Below, in pieces: positions 21,875 through 33,839 of a DNA stretch of 64,000 bases. Where the stretch lies: contig CAWGHO010000003.1 of the NCBI GenBank assembly GCA_963822445.1, positions 416,001-480,000 of the forward strand, written 5' to 3'. Each line of letters starts with the position of its first letter. Position 1 is the first letter of the stretch. The notes beneath the pieces are model-generated. The model was not told where the DNA came from, made no database searches, and saw only the letters and a list, made by a program, of their open reading frames with translations. Source of the DNA: an uncultured Acidobacteriota bacterium. Lineage in GTDB: Bacteria > Acidobacteriota > Thermoanaerobaculia > Gp7-AA8. A program made the translations under genes and the position numbers.

Positions 21875-24790
21875 ATGGCGGCAGCAGCAAAAATCAAAGT
21901 GAGCGACATTGCGAAGCGGATGGGCAAGTCCGAGAAGGACCTCATCTTCCAGCTTCAGTCGCTCGGCGCCGAAGTGTCGGATGCCAATCAGGTCCTCGAG
22001 CCTGAAGTCATCCAGGCGCTCATTACCGGCAAGAAGCTGAACACCCGGACGCGCAGCGTCATCATGCGCGAGGACAAGCCTCAGCCGGAAAAGAAGAAGG
22101 AAGCAGTTCGTCCGCCACGGCCGATCGTGCAGCCGCCTGCGCGGAAGAAGACCGAGGTTCCGAAAGAGGAGCCGGTGGTCACCCCGCCGCCGTCGGTGAT
22201 CATCCCCGAGTTCGTCGAAGCCGCCGAGGCCGAGGAGCGCGCCGCGAAGGAAGCGCCGACGCCGAAAGCGCGACCGAAGAAAGTCGCCGCCGAAGCCCCG
22301 GCCGCCGCTGCCGCACCGGAGAAGCGGGTCGACAAGCCCGTCGAAACACCGACGGCCGTCGAGACCGAGCGTCCCGCCGCCGCTGCGCCAGCGCATCCGC
22401 CGGCCCATGCGCCGTCGCCGTCCCATCATCGTCCCTCTCCGACGGGCCCGACCGGTCCGCGTGCGCGTGCGCCGCAGGCCGCGCGTCCGAACTACGCCGG
22501 CCAGACGCCGATGCAACAGCCGCAACGCCCCAGCGCTCCGCCGCAGGGCGCGCGACCGGGTGGTGCGCCGATGAGCGCACGTCCTTCCGGTCCCGGCGGT
22601 GCAACGCGGCCGATGGGTCCGGGTGGTGGTCCGGGAGCACGTCCGCCGATGGGCTCGCGTCCGTCAGGCGGCGGCCAGGGCATGCGTCCGGGCGGCCAGG
22701 GTTTCCGTCCGGGACAGGGTCCCGCGCGTCCGCCGCTCGCTCCGACTCCGCCGAGCATGCCCGGCGCGAACATCATCCGTCGCAAGAAGGAAGACGATCG
22801 CACCGAGGAGCACGACAAGAAGAAGGGGAAACGCGTCAAGACCGTTCGCGGCGCGGAGTTCGATCAGGAGCTGCTGACCAAGGGCCCGTTCAGCGGGAGC
22901 CAGGTCATCAACGACGACATCGGTCCGGACATCGTTCTCCCCGAGCTCGAAGATCCGAAGCGCGTCTCCGCGCGCCGCGATGCGCGTAAGCAGGCCGCGC
23001 CGACGGGCAAGGTCCTCGAGTTCAAGAAGCCGACCGGCAAGGTCGCGCTGACTGAAGGCGTGACCGTGAAAGAGCTCGCCGAGAAGCTCGACGTCAAGGC
23101 CAGCGATCTCATGAAGCATCTCTTCATGAAGAAGGGCCTGATGGTCTCCATCAACCAGCCCCTCGGCGCCGACCTCGCGCTCGAGCTCTCCCGTGAGCTC
23201 GGCATCGACGCGGAGATGGTCTCCTTCGAAGAGGCCGTCGAGCTCGAAGCGATGGAGAAGACCGCAGCAGCGGGCACCGGCACCACGCCGCGCGGCCCGG
23301 TCATCACCGTCATGGGTCACGTCGACCACGGCAAGACCTCTCTGCTCGACGCCATCCGCGAGACCAACGTCGCGGCCGGTGAAGCGGGCGGCATCACGCA
23401 GCACATCGGTGCGTATCACGTCGAAAAGCGTGGCCGGAAGATCGTCTTCCTCGACACGCCGGGCCACGAGGCCTTCACGATGATGCGTGCGCGCGGCGCG
23501 AAGGTGACGGACATCGTCATCCTGGTCGTCGCGGCCGACGACGGCGTCATGCCCCAGACCAAGGAAGCAATCGACCACGCCAAGGCGGCCAAGGTGCCGA
23601 TGATCGTGGCCATCAACAAGATCGACAAACCGAACGCGAACGTCGAGCGCGTGCGCCGCGAGCTCGCGGATGCGAACGTCCTCGTCGAGCAGTGGGGCGG
23701 CGACGTCGTTTCCGTCGAAGTCTCCGCGGTCAAGAAGCAGGGCATCGACGATCTCCTCGACATGATTCTGCTCACCGCGGACATGCTCGATGCGAAGTCG
23801 AACCCGGAGATGCCCGCGAAGGGCGTCGTCCTCGAAGCGCAGAAGGAAGTCGGCCGCGGCATCGTCGGCACCGTTCTCATTCAGGACGGCACGCTGAAGA
23901 TCGGCGACCCGTTCTTCTCAGGTACGACCTGGGGCCGCGTCCGCGCAATGGCGGACGAGCGCGGCAAGCGCATCAACGAAGCGGGTCCCGCGACGCCGGT
24001 CCAGATCACCGGATTCGACGACGTCCCGAACGCCGGCGACTCGCTGTCGGTGGTTGACGACGAAACGCAGGCGCGCATGATCGGCCAGCTCCGCCAGGAG
24101 AAGGCCCGTGAGGCAGCGCAGAACAAGGGCGGCCGCATGTCGCTCGATCAGCTCTTCCAGCGCATGCAGTCCGGCGGCGTGAAGGAGCTGAACCTGATCG
24201 TGAAGGGCGACGTGCAGGGCTCGGTGGAAGTGCTCAACGACACGCTGCGCAAGCTCTCCACGAACGAGGTCAAGGTCAACGTCATCCACTCCTCGGTCGG
24301 CGCGATCTCGACGAACGACATCCTTCTGGCCACGGCGTCGGAGGCCATCGTCATCGGCTTCAACGTCCGTCCGGAGCGCAACGCCGCGGATCTGGCGGAG
24401 AAGGAAGGCGTCGACGTACGGATGTACACGGTCATCTACAACCTCGTCGATGAGATGAAGGCCGCGATGACCGGTCTGCTCGATCCGAAGTTCCAGGAAG
24501 TCTTCCAGGGCCGCGCGGAAGTGCGCGAGACCTTCAAGGTGCCGAAGATCGGCGTCATCGCCGGCTGCATGGTCACGGACGGCGTCATTCCCCGGACGGC
24601 AAGCATCCGCCTGCTGCGAGACAACCGGGTCATCCTCGAAGGCAAGATCGGCTCGCTCCGGCACTTCAAGAACGACGTCTCCGAAGTCCGCCAGGGCTTC
24701 GAGTGCGGCATCGGCATCGAGAGGTTCCAGGACGTGAAGGTCGGCGACATCATCGAGGCGTTCAAGACCGAGAAGATGGAGTCCGTACTT

Positions 24791-24796
<6 letters not shown>
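21875..24796 (+). CDS. infB: Translation initiation factor IF-2
   Basis: [37 protein letters not shown]. Confidence 0.98.
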
Positions 24797-24896
<100 letters not shown>

Positions 24897-24898
24897 TC

Positions 24899-25207
24899 AT
24901 GATCGTCTGCGTCGCACTGTTCGAGCTGCACATCGAGTACGCGCAGTCCCTCAAGGAAAAGCGGATGGTGGTGCGGAGCTTGCGCGACAAGCTCCGCCGC
25001 CGTTTCAACATCTCCGCGAATGAAGTCGCGTATCACGATCTCCATCAGCGCGCCCGTTTGGGCCTGAGCTTCATCGCCGATCGCCGCGACTCGGCAGACT
25101 CATTGCTGGATACAATCCAGGGCTTCGTCGAGTCGCACGCCGATGCCCGCCTGATGGGATGGACCAGCGAGAAGCTGGATTTCGATGAAGAAGCCGACCT
25201 GACATGA
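24899..25207 (+). CDS. DUF503 (YlxP) family protein
   Basis: SLKEKRMVVRSL...RRFNISANEV..HDLHQRA; lies between infB and rbfA. Confidence 0.88.
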   Translation: MIVCVALFELHIEYAQSLKEKRMVVRSLRDKLRRRFNISANEVAYHDLHQRARLGLSFIADRRDSADSLLDTIQGFVESHADARLMGWTSEKLDFDEEADLT

Positions 25208-25590
25208 AGAAAACACGCAGAACCTCCAGAGTGGGTGAGAACGTGCGGGATGCGCTGTCCGAGGTCCTGCGGCGCGACATCAGCGACGTGCGGATCGGCT
25301 GGTCGTCCATCAGCGAGGTCGAGGTCAGCCCCGATCTCCACTACGCCAAGGTCTACATGACCGGCCTGAAGGAAGAAGACACCCAGGCGGACGTGGAGAT
25401 GCTGCGCAAGCTCGCTCCCAAGATCCGCCACTTCCTCGGCAAGCGTCTCAAGCTCAAGTACACGCCGGAGCTCGACTTCCGCTACGACGAGACGGCCATG
25501 AAAGCGTTGCGCGTGGAGACGCTGCTGCGCGATGTGATTCCGCCGAATCCCGAGAACGAGCATCTCGAGAGCGACGACGACGAGTCGTAG
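25204..25590 (+). CDS. rbfA: Ribosome-binding factor A
   Basis: VEVSPDLHYAKVY, LKYTPELDFRYD. Confidence 0.94.
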   Translation: MKKTRRTSRVGENVRDALSEVLRRDISDVRIGWSSISEVEVSPDLHYAKVYMTGLKEEDTQADVEMLRKLAPKIRHFLGKRLKLKYTPELDFRYDETAMKALRVETLLRDVIPPNPENEHLESDDDES

Positions 25591-26142
25591 TTACTTCTTC
25601 ACAAAGACGTGCTCGCGGTAGTACCGCAGCTCTTCGATCGACTCCTCGATGTCGGCGAGCGCGCGATGCAGCTCCTTCTTCTTCGGCGACTCGTACCGGC
25701 CGCCGTACCACTCCTTGGCCAGGACCTTGATCGAGCTCACGTCCACGACTTTGTAGTGGAGAAAGTCTTCGAGTTCGGGCATGTACTTGGCGATGAAGCG
25801 CTTGTCCTGGCCGATCGAGTTGCCGCAGAGCGGAGCCGTCTTCTTGTAGCAGTACTTCTTGATGAAGCTCAGGGTCTGCCGTTCCGCTTCGGCCGTGGTG
25901 ACCCCTTCGGCACGGATGCGGTCCAGAAGCCCGCTCTTCCTGTGGGTGCTCTGGTTCCAGCGGTCCATCTTCTCGAGGCGCGCCTCGCTCGTGCGGATGG
26001 CCAGGACCGGTCCCGTGGCTACGATCTCGAGGTCGTAGTCGGTGATGATGGTGGCGATCTCGAGAAGGGTGTTGTGCACCGGATCGAGTCCGGTCATCTC
26101 GCAATCGATCCACACCAGATGCTTCTTGCTTCGTTTGAACAA
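25591..26142 (-). CDS. orn: Oligoribonuclease
   Basis: LVWIDCEMTGLD, PLCGNSIGQD, HRALADIEESIEELRYY. Confidence 0.95.
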   Translation of the reverse strand: MFKRSKKHLVWIDCEMTGLDPVHNTLLEIATIITDYDLEIVATGPVLAIRTSEARLEKMDRWNQSTHRKSGLLDRIRAEGVTTAEAERQTLSFIKKYCYKKTAPLCGNSIGQDKRFIAKYMPELEDFLHYKVVDVSSIKVLAKEWYGGRYESPKKKELHRALADIEESIEELRYYREHVFVKK

Positions 26143-26185
26143 GCGTCTTTCCCGCGCGGCGGATTCTATCGATACTGAACGTCTG

Positions 26186-26653
26186 ATGGCTGCCGATCCC
26201 CGCTTCTGCTCGAACTGCCGCGTCGAATTGCCGGCGAAAGCGGACGCCTGCCCGGCCTGCGGCGTCTTCGCCGGCGACCTTTACGACGAGCGGATGCATC
26301 GCCCGCGCACGCGGTTCGCGATGTTCGCCACGCTGCTGTTTCTCGCGCTCGCGGCCGCGGGTGCGGCGGTCTGGTGGAGCTCTGGGCGGCCACTTACGGT
26401 GCGCCGGCCGCAGACGGCGCAACCGATACCGCAACCGCCACGGCCTTCCGGCCCGGTGAAGAATGAGATCGAGGCTATTCGCATCGTGCGGCGGCACCTG
26501 GTCGAGTCGAAGGGCCTCAAGAACGAATGCGTGGTGCTCCTCGGCCGCGGCCTGAGCAGAGGTGCCTACACGGTGAGAGCACGCGACCATTGCTCGGATA
26601 CGCGGCTCGGCGACTTCCGCGTCAACGCCAAAACGGGCGAGGTCACGCGTTAG
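26186..26653 (+). CDS. Zinc-ribbon membrane-anchored hypothetical protein
   Basis: CSNC...CPACG followed by a TM helix. Confidence 0.7.
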   Translation: MAADPRFCSNCRVELPAKADACPACGVFAGDLYDERMHRPRTRFAMFATLLFLALAAAGAAVWWSSGRPLTVRRPQTAQPIPQPPRPSGPVKNEIEAIRIVRRHLVESKGLKNECVVLLGRGLSRGAYTVRARDHCSDTRLGDFRVNAKTGEVTR

Positions 26654-27906
26654 AGCTCTTCGATCCGGAGCGTGGCCTTGTGCTCTCTGCACGGCACCTC
26701 AGGCTGGCACTTCGCGCAGTCGGGGAAATCGATCGATGCCGCGTCGCGATCGAACTGCTCCTCCATCAGCCGGCGCATCTCTTTCGCCGAGACACGCGCA
26801 CTGATCGTCGCGCCGCAGCCCGGGCAGATGGTCACGCCGGCGGGAATCTCGGCGTCGCAGTCGTCGAAGCCGCAGACGTACCGCCGTGTTTTCGAGACCG
26901 TCCAGATCGAGGTTCCGGCGACGGCGACGCCCACGACCGCGAAGATCTTCCAGAGCTCGACGCTTTCACCGACCATTGCCGCGATCGTCGCCAGCAACAG
27001 CCCGGGCAACACCGTCAGAATCAGCCCTTCGACGAGACCACCATGGCGAACGGCGGCGACGGTCTCCCCCTCGTTTCGCTTCGGATCGTCATCGGCGTCG
27101 TACTCCGGCTCCTCGACGTTGTTCTTATCCGGCTCCACCACGTCGATGAGCTGGTACTCCCATCGCGGCGGCCGCTTGGCCTGAATCGCAAGCGCCTCGA
27201 GCCATGACGGATCCGATTCGATCTCGCGCAACGCATCCCGGAACCACGCCTGCTGGTTCGGCTCCAGCTCGCGCGCGATGGCCTTCCTCTCCTCGCGATC
27301 GCCGCGCGCGGCTGCCTGCAGCGCCAGCAGCCAGGCCATGGCCTGCGGCGGAAGATAGCCGGCCTTGGACACCGACCAGCGCGTTCCGTTGGCGTCTCCC
27401 GACGATCGATAGCGATCGGTGTTGTTGGTCGTGAAGACGCCGAAGCCGAGGTAGATGGTGGTGAGGTCGGTGAGGAGCTCTTCCCGGTCGCGGGAGTCGG
27501 CGAAGAGGTTGTGATGCGTGCGGAACGCATGCGCAACTTCATGGGCCATCACCCCAACGGCCGCCTCGGGATCACCGAGTTGCTGGACGTGCACGCCGAA
27601 GAAGCACTGACCGTCGATGATCCCCGCGAACCACCCCGCCGTTCCACTGTCCCACGCTTCGCTCTCGCCTTCGAATCCGGCGAGGGAGAAGGAAAGATGC
27701 TCGAGGTCCGCCTGGGCCATCAATCGCTGGGTGAGGCGATGAACGTCGGCGACGGAGCCGCTCCAGCGATCCGGAAAGTATTTCGGCGACGGCAGGAGGA
27801 TGGGCGCGAGAACGAATCGCTCCCAGCCCATCCGCTCGATCAGCTTGCGCAGGTAGCGCCCGAGCCATTTCCGTTCCTCGGCCGAAGGAAGACTGCTGAC
27901 GATCAT
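26650..27906 (-). CDS. Hypothetical protein with HExxH motif, TM helices and Cys clusters
   Basis: MAHEVAH, EELLTDL, CGFDDC..CPGCG. Confidence 0.7.
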   Translation of the reverse strand: MIVSSLPSAEERKWLGRYLRKLIERMGWERFVLAPILLPSPKYFPDRWSGSVADVHRLTQRLMAQADLEHLSFSLAGFEGESEAWDSGTAGWFAGIIDGQCFFGVHVQQLGDPEAAVGVMAHEVAHAFRTHHNLFADSRDREELLTDLTTIYLGFGVFTTNNTDRYRSSGDANGTRWSVSKAGYLPPQAMAWLLALQAAARGDREERKAIARELEPNQQAWFRDALREIESDPSWLEALAIQAKRPPRWEYQLIDVVEPDKNNVEEPEYDADDDPKRNEGETVAAVRHGGLVEGLILTVLPGLLLATIAAMVGESVELWKIFAVVGVAVAGTSIWTVSKTRRYVCGFDDCDAEIPAGVTICPGCGATISARVSAKEMRRLMEEQFDRDAASIDFPDCAKCQPEVPCREHKATLRIEEL

Positions 27907-27935
27907 TCGTGTCCGTCGATACTAAACTCCTTCCC

Positions 27936-30428
27936 ATGTCTCTCGTAACCGGCTCGCGCGTGGGCGTCTACGAGATCGTCGGCCTCCTCGGCGCCGGCGG
28001 AATGGGGGAGGTTTACCGCGCGCATGACACGCGCCTCGATCGCGATGTGGCGATCAAGGTTCTACCGGAGCGTTCGACCGGCGATCGCGAGGCCGTGGCG
28101 CGATTGCAGTCCGAGGCGCGAACGGCTTCGGCGCTGAACCATCCGAACATCCTTACGATCTACGACGTCGGCGTCATCGACTCCGAACCGCCTCGCGACT
28201 ACATCGCCATGGAGTACATCGACGGCGAGACGCTGCGCGAACGCCTCGGCCGCGCACGCGAACAGGAACCGCTCCTCGACGTGCTGATTCAGGTCGCCGC
28301 GGGGCTGGCAAAGGCTCACGAGGCCAACATCATCCATCGCGATCTCAAGCCGGAGAACATCATGATCACCGGCGACGGCTACGCGAAGATCCTCGACTTC
28401 GGCCTGGCCAAGCTGCTCAGCGGCGAGCTCGATGCGAACGCGAAAACGGCGGCGCTCACGTCCGCGGGAAGAGTCGTGGGAACGCTCGGGTACATGGCGC
28501 CGGAGCAACTGAGCGGGCAAACGGTCGATGCTCGGGTAGACATCTTCGCCTTCGGGTGCATCCTCTACGAGTCGCTGACGGGACGACGTCCGTTCGCGAC
28601 GATCGAGCAACTCTTCTCCGGCAACGCCGCACCTTTGACGGCGCCGCTCGAGCTGCAGCGCATCGTCTGGCGGTGTCTGGCCCGCGATCCGGCTCGACGC
28701 TACGCGAGCATGCGCGACGTGCTGTCCGACCTGCGACGCCGGCGCGCACCGCGCGAGCGCGTGCCGTTGCGGCTCACACAGCTCACCTTCGACAAGCACG
28801 TCGAGCAATACCCGGCCATCTCGCCCGACGCCACGCGGGTGATCTTCAGCCGCGACGTGGGCAAGGTCCGCAATCTGTTCGTGACGACGATCGGCGAGGG
28901 CCGCGACGAGCAGATCACCTCCGGCGACTTCGACGACCTGCAGCCGTCGTGGTCGCCCGATGGCGAGGCGATTCTCTTCGTGCGAGGGAAGACGTCCGGC
29001 TCCCGCGTCGAGAGCTCCGACGTCTTCGGCCGCTACCTCGACGCGGACATCTGGCGTCTCGATCTCGAGTCAAAGAAAAGCACGCTGCTGATCAACGACG
29101 CCGCGAATCCATCCTGGTCGCCGGATGGGACCCGCATCGCGTTCGACGCCGGCCGCGGCGGTCCGCATCGCATCTGGATCGCAGACTCCCGCGGCCGCAA
29201 TCCGCAACAGCTCTCCAGCGACGACACCGACGCGGCGCATCACGTGCGTCCGCGCTGGTCGCCGGACGGCGCTCACGTCGTGTTTCAGAGCCTGGAGGGG
29301 ACGAAGTTCGACGTGCGCGTCGTGAGCGTGGAGAGCCGGCGCACCAACGCCGTGACCGATGACTACACGATGGACATCCAGCCGGTGTGGTCGCCGGACG
29401 GCGAGTGGATCTACTTCTCGTCGTACCGCAGCGGCGGCATCAACGTCTGGCGCATGCCCGTCGATCGCGAAGGGCTGCCCATCGGCGCGATGGAGCAGGT
29501 GACGGCGGGTCCGGGACATGACCTCGATCTCGACATCGCTCCGACGGGTCGGATCGTGTTCGCGATCCTCAAGCAGAACGCGGACATCTGGCGTTTGCCG
29601 GTCGATCCGCAGACCGGCGTGGCCACGGGACCGGCCGAGGAAGTGATCGCCACGACGCGGGAGAACTCGCGTGGGGCCTGGTCGCCGGAAGGACAGACCA
29701 TCGCCTTCAGCTCCGATCGCGGCGGCGAGATGAATCTCTGGCTGATGTCGTTAGCGGATGGACGCACACGGCAGCTGACGAAAGGCGCGGGCGGTGACTT
29801 TCAGCCGAACTGGTCGCCGGACGGAAAGAGCCTGGTGTTCTTCTCCGGCCGCAGCGGCACGCTCGACCTCTGGCGCATCGATGTCGAGCAGGGCTCGGAG
29901 CCGCAGCGGCTGACGCGCGGCGAAGGGATCAACATCAATCCGTTTTACTCGCCCGACGGAGCGAGGATCGCGTTCATGTCCGATCGCGACGGCCGTCTGG
30001 AAGTGTGGGTGATGAACGCGGACGGCTCGGGCGCGCGTGAGCTCACCACCTCCGGTGTGATCGGCCACTTTCTGCGCTGGTCATCGGACGGTCAGCGGAT
30101 CTTCTTCCGCTGCCCGACAGGATCGAAGCCGCGGACGATGACCGTTTCGCTGAACGGCGGCGATGTCGAGCAGACCGCGGAAGTCATCGGCGGCGCGCAC
30201 ATGTCGCTGTCTCCCGATCAGTCGCTGGTGATGGACGTCGTCGCGCACCGCACGCTGTGGGTCTCGCCGCTCAACGGTGAGCCGCCGCGCAAGGTCTTCG
30301 AGTTCGACGACCCCGAGAGCCGCATCGACTATCCGGTCTGGTCGCCGGACGGACGGTGGATCATGTTCGACCGCTTCGTTCCGCACGGCGGGGATGTGTG
30401 GATGGTGGAAAGCGAGGGGAGGGCGTGA
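27936..30428 (+). CDS. Ser/Thr protein kinase with PD40/TolB repeats
   Basis: GAGGMGEV, HRDLKPEN, DFGLAK, GYMAPE; many PxWSPDG repeats. Confidence 0.92.
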   Translation: MSLVTGSRVGVYEIVGLLGAGGMGEVYRAHDTRLDRDVAIKVLPERSTGDREAVARLQSEARTASALNHPNILTIYDVGVIDSEPPRDYIAMEYIDGETLRERLGRAREQEPLLDVLIQVAAGLAKAHEANIIHRDLKPENIMITGDGYAKILDFGLAKLLSGELDANAKTAALTSAGRVVGTLGYMAPEQLSGQTVDARVDIFAFGCILYESLTGRRPFATIEQLFSGNAAPLTAPLELQRIVWRCLARDPARRYASMRDVLSDLRRRRAPRERVPLRLTQLTFDKHVEQYPAISPDATRVIFSRDVGKVRNLFVTTIGEGRDEQITSGDFDDLQPSWSPDGEAILFVRGKTSGSRVESSDVFGRYLDADIWRLDLESKKSTLLINDAANPSWSPDGTRIAFDAGRGGPHRIWIADSRGRNPQQLSSDDTDAAHHVRPRWSPDGAHVVFQSLEGTKFDVRVVSVESRRTNAVTDDYTMDIQPVWSPDGEWIYFSSYRSGGINVWRMPVDREGLPIGAMEQVTAGPGHDLDLDIAPTGRIVFAILKQNADIWRLPVDPQTGVATGPAEEVIATTRENSRGAWSPEGQTIAFSSDRGGEMNLWLMSLADGRTRQLTKGAGGDFQPNWSPDGKSLVFFSGRSGTLDLWRIDVEQGSEPQRLTRGEGININPFYSPDGARIAFMSDRDGRLEVWVMNADGSGARELTTSGVIGHFLRWSSDGQRIFFRCPTGSKPRTMTVSLNGGDVEQTAEVIGGAHMSLSPDQSLVMDVVAHRTLWVSPLNGEPPRKVFEFDDPESRIDYPVWSPDGRWIMFDRFVPHGGDVWMVESEGRA

Positions 30429-30446
30429 CGCCCTCCCCTCGATGTT

Positions 30447-33400
30447 TCAGGGCGTGGTGACGATCACGTCGTCGATGAATGTGTTGTTCCCGTACGCGCT
30501 GATGCCGAGGAAGCCCAGTTGCACGGTGGTTCCCTTGTACGCGGTCAAGTCGATGGTGTGCTGCTTCCAGCCCGTCGATCCGTCGTAACGATTCACCGCC
30601 GTGCCGACGTTCGTCCAGCCGGCGCCGGTCGATACCTGCACCTGCACCTTGTCGATGTACGACGAGTAGCCGGTGTCGTGGTTCATCCAGAACTTCAGCG
30701 TGGCCGTGGTGGCCGTGCCCGGAATCGCGAAGCCTGTCGTGCGGTAGATCCGCGTCTGCGATCCGCTCGAGGCATCGTACGAGTTGAACTTCGCCAGGTA
30801 GCTGCCGCCGTGCGGGGCCGTTGTGGGCAGGGTGCCCGAGGTGTTGAAGGTCCAGTTGCCGGCGGTTCCTGCCACATCGACGATGGCCCAGCCGGTGCTG
30901 ATCTCGAAGCCGTTTGAGAAGAGCGTGATCGGACCGCTGCAGGTGGCCGTGAAGTTCTTGCCGGTCGCATTCGCACCGCTGATCGTCACTGAGAGGCTCG
31001 CCGGCGAGAACGTGCAGCCGCTCTTCGAGGGCGTCACGGTGTAGGTCCCATTGGCGAGACCGGAGATGGTGTAGTTGTTCGAGGCGTCGCTGGTCGCGCC
31101 TTGCGATCCCGCGGTGACCGTCGCGCCCGGCGTTCCGGCGCTGCCGGAGATCGAGTAAGTGGCAACGGGCGTCGTCACGGTGCCGGTCACCGTGAAGCTG
31201 CCGGCGGCATAGCCCTGAACGCCGACCCACCATGTGCCCGAGGCGGGGTTGGTAGCGGAACAGGTCTCGTTGCCGGAGCCGCTGTACGGCCGGCAGATGT
31301 AGGACGACAGCGTCGGTTTCGCGTTGAACTGCGTGTAGATGTCGACGTCGCCGACGGCGTTCGTCGTCGCGAAGGTGAGGTTCGTGGCGCCCGCGGGAAC
31401 GGTGATGTAGTAGTACTTCCAGGCGCCCTGCGCCACGTTCTGGCCGGTCACCGGCACGCCGCTCGTGAGCTGGGTGTCGCCGCTGCCGCAGGAGGCGGTG
31501 AAGCTCGCGGTGACGTTGGCCGAGGTGATGGTCACGGAGCTCGAGGCGGGCGAGAAGGTGCAGCCCGACTTGCTCGGCGTGACTGTGTAAGTGCCCGCCG
31601 CGAAACCGGACATGGCGTAGTTGCCCGAGGCGTCGCTCGTGGTGGATGACGCGCCCGCGGTCACGGTCGCGCCCGAGGTCCCGACGTTGCCGCTGATCGA
31701 GAACGTCGGCGCCGTGCAGTTGGCGGTGAAGTTGACGCCGGTGACGTTCGCCGACGTGATCGTCACGGAGCTCGAAGACGGCGAGAACGTGCAGCCGCTC
31801 TTCGTCGGCGTGACCGTGTAAGTCCCCGCCGCCAGGCTGGCGATCGTGTAGTTGCTCGAGCCGTCGCTGGTCGTCGATCCGGAGCCGGCGGTGACCGTCG
31901 CGCCCGAAGTTCCGGCGCTGCCGGAGATCGAATACGTCGCCGTCGAGCTCGCGGTGATCGGCGCGGTCCAGATCTCTTCCTTGGAGTTGTTGCGGCGATC
32001 GGTCCACGAGGGGAAGAACTTGTTGGCGTGGGCGGAGAGGCTGTTGTAGTCGCCGAACTGGTTGCCGGAATCGGCACCGGAGATGGTCTCGTCGGTCATG
32101 GCCGTCGTGACCTTGATCGGCGCTTCCCAGCTCACGCCGCCGTTGGTGGAGAGCTGGAAGTAGATGTCGACCTTCTTGCGGCCGGCATCGTTGACGGTGT
32201 CGTAGTACATCGCGCCGATGTTGCCGTTGGTCTCGTCGATGGCCAGGAACGGGTTGAACTGGTCGTTCAGACCGCTCTGGTTGTTGATCTTCACCCGCGT
32301 GCTCCAGGTGGTGCCGCCGTCAGTCGAGCGCGAGAACCAGACCCGGGTCTTGCAGGTCGAGCTCGTGCTCGCACCGGGCTCGTTCGAGGCGGTCGTGCAG
32401 CCGGTGTCGCCCGAGAGATCGGCCCACAGTGCGTAGACGTTGTTGGTGGTGCCGTTGCGGTACGTGCCGCCGGAGACGTAGATCAGAATGCGGCGGTTGT
32501 TGAAGGCCGGCACGCCGATGTCGTACGAATCGTAGGTCGTGACGATCCGCGTCGGCGTGGAGTAGCTCGCGCCGCCGTTGGTCGACTTCACGACGTAGAT
32601 GCCGCGCGACCCGGTGTCGGGCCAGAAGCCGAAGACGTCGCCGGCGGAGTTGGTCTTGACGTCCGCGCCGATCGACGTCCCGGTCGTTTCCGTCAAGCTG
32701 ACCTTGATCGGAGTGCCCCAGCCCGCGGACGTGCGGCGGTTCATGTACGCCGGCGCGCCGTTGTGCCAGATCACGTAGTTCTGATCTTTGTACGGCGAGG
32801 TTGCGCTGTGGTCGATCCACTGCATCTGCTTGTCGGTGCTGGTCTGAGTGCCCGAGACCGTGCCGTCGAAGATCCAGGTCGCGCCGCCGTTCGACGAGCG
32901 GTACGACTGCACCTTCAGCACGCTCCCGTTGATGCCCATCGTGGTGGACCAGGCCGTGCCGTCCGAGCTCCAGTCGACCGTCGGGTCGGAGTGGAAGGAG
33001 TCGCCGCTGGCCAGCGGCAGGTTGGTCTGGCCCCAGGTCACGCCGCCGTCGGTCGACCAGTACATGCCCTGCTGGCCCGAGCCGCCGATGTTGTTCGAGC
33101 CGGCGATGATCTTGTTCGGGTCCCAGTAGTTGATGCGGATGTCGGATTCGCTGCGTCGAGCTGGTCTGCGTTCCCGAGGTGCGGACGTTTGCTCCCGAGG
33201 TGGCGTCGTCGGTACCGATCTTCCGTCCCGGCGCGCGCGAGCTGTGTTCGCCGCTCTCGTCCCGATCCCCGAACTCATATCCCGGCCCCATGTTCGCCTC
33301 GGGATGCCCGGGCTTCAGGTCCTGGTGGCTGACCATCCACTCCAGGATCTCCTTGAGCACGTGCGGATAGCCGCCCATCGGATCGTTCTCGTTGTCGTAA

Positions 33401-33645
33401 TTGCCTTCGGGATGGCCCTTGCGCCAGTAAACCTTCAGCCAGGGCGGCACGATCTTGTCGTCCGCGTCCTTGTCTTTGAGTTTCTTGAAGTCCTGGTTTT
33501 CCTTGATGAGCTTCTCCAGCGCGCTGCCCTTCTTGACGTGGGCGGCCTTGAGCTGCTCTTCGAGGGTGGGGAACTTGGGCGCGGCGCTGGCGATCTGCGC
33601 CGCAAAGAGAACGAGGGCGATTAAAAAGAGAGAGGTTTTCTTCAC
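30447..33645 (-). CDS. Large secreted BNR/Asp-box (sialidase-like) protein with repeated beta-sandwich and PPC domains; one frameshift near 33156
   Basis: Signal peptide in ORF 32320-33645; STDGGxTW Asp boxes, three YTVTPxKSGCTFSP repeats and a PPC domain in ORF 30447-33278. Confidence 0.8.
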
Positions 33646-33702
33646 GTACGTTTCCCTTCACTGAACGGCTTATTTTTTTAAGGCGGGATGGCGCTCTCCA
33701 TC

Positions 33703-33717
33703 TCAAGGCGCGTGCCG
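33703..33717 (-). promoter_or_regulatory. Possible sigma-54 promoter for the BNR protein
   Basis: Minus strand CGGCACGCGCCTTGA resembles TGGCAC-N5-TTGC. Confidence 0.4.
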
Positions 33718-33839
33718 CGCGAAAAGCGCTTGTTTTTGGCCGATTTCAGCCATTCGGTAGTTTTCCTGACCCGCGAAGAGAGCGAATGGCGGGTCATGCT
33801 TTGAGCATCGCGGCAGGGCGTGACCCACGCGATCAATCC

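Noticed and set aside
21660-22800. Acidic NusA tail and Pro/Gly-rich IF-2 N-terminus as DNA repeats
   Set aside because: Low-complexity coding sequence common in these proteins
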